From the NCBI GenBank assembly GCA_973895155.1, contig OZ316895.1:1114435-1178434 (forward strand): DNA of 64,000 nucleotides. The letters are read 5' to 3'. Below, piece after piece: positions 63,101-64,000 of this stretch. The notes under the pieces were generated by a model that did no database searches, had not been told where the DNA came from, and saw only the letters and a list, made by a program, of their open reading frames with translations. The first letter of the stretch is position 1; the number at the start of each line of letters is the position of its first letter. The stretch is from Marsupella aquatica (Eukaryota; Plantae; Marchantiophyta). The translations under genes and the position numbers were made by a program.

Positions 63101-64000
63101 TCAGGAGCAACTTGCATTGGGCTTCCGCCTCTCAAGCAATTCCCGCTAGATGGAGTATCCATGATCTTCTCCGAAAGTCGTTTCACTCCCTGGGGATCCC
63201 AAGGTCTGCTCTACCCAAGATCCTTTTTGCGTGTCATTGGATTAACCTTCGGTTTGCTTCTGAATTGTGGAATTGGAGTTCTGGGTGTTGGGTGGATTTC
63301 TTACCAGGTATCTCGAGGCTGCGGGGCTACAGTCAAGCTGAAGGAGAGAGCATCCTGGTATTCATTCGACTACTTCAAACTGGCCCACCTCCTTCTCTTG
63401 CACACCAGTTTGTGGACTCTCTGGCAGGGTTTGATAAATCACCGTAGACCAAGATTGCTGAGTAGCGCCCAGGCTTACAGACTCCTTGATAGCTCTTCTG
63501 GGGAGGTCGGCACATTCAACTCTAGGTGGCTCTCTACTGACGATGCAGGCACCTGGAAACGAAGATGGAGAAGAATTTGGAGATCAGATTTATCCAATCG
63601 GGGGAAAATATTTTTATGGCGTGTTCTAGCAGCTGGCCTTTTCACCGGGAAGCGGGCTCTACAATGTGGTCATGGAGATGGTTCCTGTCCTTTCTGCCGC
63701 GGTATCTTGGAGGACAATCGACACCTTTTTTCCTGTTCCCAAGCAACTACTGCGTGGAACTAAACTATATGGTTCTTTGAGCGGCTGCCTGCTGTTTCTC
63801 ATGTACCGGGAGGATCCTCCCTCACTCGTATCCTGGATTTGGCTCTTGGCCGTTCTCCTCGGCTATCTGCTCGACTATTTGTGATCTACGAGACCGTGTG
63901 GCTCCTTTGGAAAAACCAAAATAGTCGGTTGTTCCAGGGACAAACCATTATCTTCTCTCCTTATGCAGCTGCATTATCCGCGGCTCTACATATTCGCTCG
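60185..64000 (+). pseudogene. LINE (L1-clade) ORF2, endonuclease-reverse transcriptase, disrupted and running off the window
   Basis: APE domain: MDTSFNVAIWNVSGL, GKGGAAML, GDFN, SRLDRFY, SNHCPV. RT domain: KAPGIDG, RPITLLN, QTGFVPGR, DFSKAFDRV, RGVRQGCPLAP, FADD, then YLGAPL. C-terminal zf-RVT: CPFC...EDNRHLF.C. It is broken by stops (60480, 61167, 63761) and frameshifts (~60230, ~61520, ~62450, ~63430). Confidence 0.92.

Larger units (their letters stand above)
58349..64000 (+). mobile_element. L1-clade non-LTR retrotransposon (inactive). The 5' UTR probably extends upstream into the A-rich 56.8-58.3 kb segment
   Basis: Tandem ORF1 + ORF2 (APE-RT-zf) architecture. Confidence 0.9.

Overview
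Eukaryotic land-plant genomic DNA. The intron-rich genes and repeat landscape suggest a bryophyte such as a liverwort, but that is inference. Four intact genes were reconstructed by hand: 60S ribosomal protein L39 (+, 3 exons), NEDD8-specific protease SENP8/DEN1 (-, 4-5 coding exons), an intronless GT47/exostosin xyloglucan galactosyltransferase-like gene (+), and a plastid-type aldo-keto reductase (-, 9 exons). The intergenic DNA is dense with transposon fossils: a degenerate L1-type LINE at the right end; two Mutator-like elements with target-site duplications (TSDs) plus a truncated copy; Tourist-like MITEs; two solo LTRs of one family, one interrupted by a nested 8-bp-TSD DNA element; a probable non-autonomous Helitron; and a SWIM/MULE-type relic. 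The most unusual signal is a frameshifted tyrosine-recombinase (DUF3504/Crypton-like) reading frame at about 4.6-5.75 kb, which the ORF track does not show.
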